Shown here one piece after another: positions 62,670 through 64,000 of a DNA stretch of 64,000 nucleotides (its first letter is position 1; each line of letters opens with the position of its first letter). The position numbers and the translations under genes were made by a program. The notes below the pieces were generated by a model. It made no database searches, had not been told where the DNA came from, and saw only the letters and a program-made list of their open reading frames with translations. Origin of the DNA: Lama glama (taxonomy: Eukaryota); NCBI GenBank assembly GCA_028534125.1, contig CM052816.1, forward strand, positions 20,462,001-20,526,000. Reading direction: 5' to 3'.

Positions 62670-62885
62670 AGTAGCAGTACAGTGTATTGAGCACCTATTG
62701 TGCGTTAGGCTACTTACATTAACCCGTTTAATCATCATACCAACTCTAAGTGATTTGTGGTATTTCCCTCACTTTACATATGGGAAAACCAAGATTCATA
62801 TAGCTTAAGTTCATTGTCACTTGTGTAGTACACATAGCAGCCAGGATTCAAACCCAGACCTGTCTGGCCTGGAAACCTACCACTG
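62670..62885 (-). mobile_element. MIR SINE
   Basis: tattgagcacct...ctttacatatgggaaaac...gccaggattcaaacccagacctgtctg. Confidence 0.8.
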
Positions 62886-62959
62886 TCTCTGAAGAACAAG
62901 TGAATAGCTTACTATGTTGTCCAGTAGGTAGTCCCTAGCACTCTTGGCTCCCTGGCCTG

Positions 62960-63052
62960 ACCTCCTTAAAGGTCCTTTCTGCAAACACAGTCACAATGGG
63001 TGTTAGGACTTCAACATAGGAATCTGGGGGAGGTGCAATTCTGTCCATAATA
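62960..63052 (-). mobile_element. Short MaLR LTR end fragment (MLT1A/MST-like)
   Basis: caaacacagtcaca...gttaggacttcaacataggaatctgggggg...caattctgtccataa. Confidence 0.7.
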
Positions 63053-63439
63053 CTTTCCATGGAAAACATTTTTCCAACTCCTTAGCTCTACCCGGCTGAT
63101 TAAAATACAGACGTTCCCAGCAGATGCCTCCAAGCAGAGCACTGAAATGTGTGGTCCCTGCCCTCAAGGAACTTGGAGTTTCAAATGATCAAGTCATTGA
63201 GTTGTATGCTCTACTAAGGACATGGAGCCTTTGGAATGAATTCTGGATGCCCCTGCTGACACTTCTGGGCTCTGAGGGGCCACCAGGGCAGACCCATGCT
63301 GAGAATGTGTCAATTGGATAATCGATTAGCTTAATTTAAAAAGTGGCAGCCACTGAAATATTAAATGTGAAAGATGTGCCTGAAAATCGTTTAGGCTGCA
63401 AGTCACATCACAGAGATGTCTGCATCAGCATTATGCCAT

Positions 63440-63830
63440 CAGCTTTGTCCTCTGAAATTTAGGCAGAATGTGGAAAAGCTGGAGAGGGTCCAAAACCGAA
63501 CAACAAGAGTGAATTAAGGGACAGAAAATGATGCTGTGAGGTAAAGCGATAAGAGTTGTGTTTTTTTTTTTTAATTTTTAAAATCTCAGTGCCCAAGAGA
63601 TTATGGCAAATGGGTAATTTATTGTCTTCTGGGGTGGTTAAAAGAAGAATGCTGACCAGTTGTTTAACATTTTCTTGGAAAATTTAATAGACGTTATGGG
63701 CTCAAGTCCAGCAAAAGAAAGGTGGAGGAGGCAGAGAAGTGATCATGTCGATTTTTAGCATGATTCAATGCTGATTAGACGAGCAGGAGAATTGCGCTCG
63801 CGGTGGTCCTGTCCTGAAGGTTCTTTGTCT
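63440..63830 (+). mobile_element. Ancient CR1/L3 3' ORF2 fragment
   Basis: aaagctggagagggtcca...caacaagagtgaattaaggg...aatgctgaccagttgttt...atgggctcaagt resembles the CR1/L3 ORF2 end. Confidence 0.55.
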
Positions 63831-64000
63831 TGAGTGGTTACTGTGCAGGTAAACTCAAGCCTCTCTTGCCTGGTGGAATTCTCGCTACTTAGTAACAACT
63901 TCCCCCACAGCTCTGTGTCCCTGTGGGGACTCTAGGGGCCTGGGGACCTGTATCCCTATCTCCTTTTGTGCAGTCTCTCCCGAAATATCCTCATCTTTGT

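Noticed and set aside
27165..64000. Search for the next FSTL4 exon (follistatin/Kazal domain, Cys-rich)
   Set aside because: No matching frame was seen; the exon presumably lies beyond the window.

Overview
This is mammalian genomic DNA, most likely camelid, judged from a tRNA-Ala-derived vic-1-type SINE and cetartiodactyl-type L1 3' ends. It carries the 5' part of FSTL4 (follistatin-like 4) on the + strand: a CpG-island promoter with CCAAT, GC-box and CRE motifs (~1.8-3.5 kb), a probable non-coding exon 1 ending at 2188, coding exon 2 (9676-9811, ATG at 9686, signal peptide) and a 34-nt exon 3 (27131-27164). The rest is intron, with MIR, L2, CR1/L3, MER5A, MaLR/ERVL LTRs, a solo ERV1-like LTR, a nested L1 complex (~43.3-52.0 kb) and a 500-N assembly gap. 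I saw no prokaryotic-type system, CRISPR array, rRNA or functional tRNA, and almost all ORFs in the track look like chance frames. The three most interesting observations are: (1) an ACG codon in a perfect Kozak context in exon 1 that opens a 26-codon spliced uORF whose stop overlaps the FSTL4 start (ATGA); (2) a ~780-bp non-repeat-looking segment inserted inside an MLT1D LTR that still has its target-site duplication (TSD); (3) a YCAY cluster just downstream of the frame-shifting micro-exon 3. Repeat family names and boundaries come from visual recognition of consensus motifs and are approximate unless a TSD is given.
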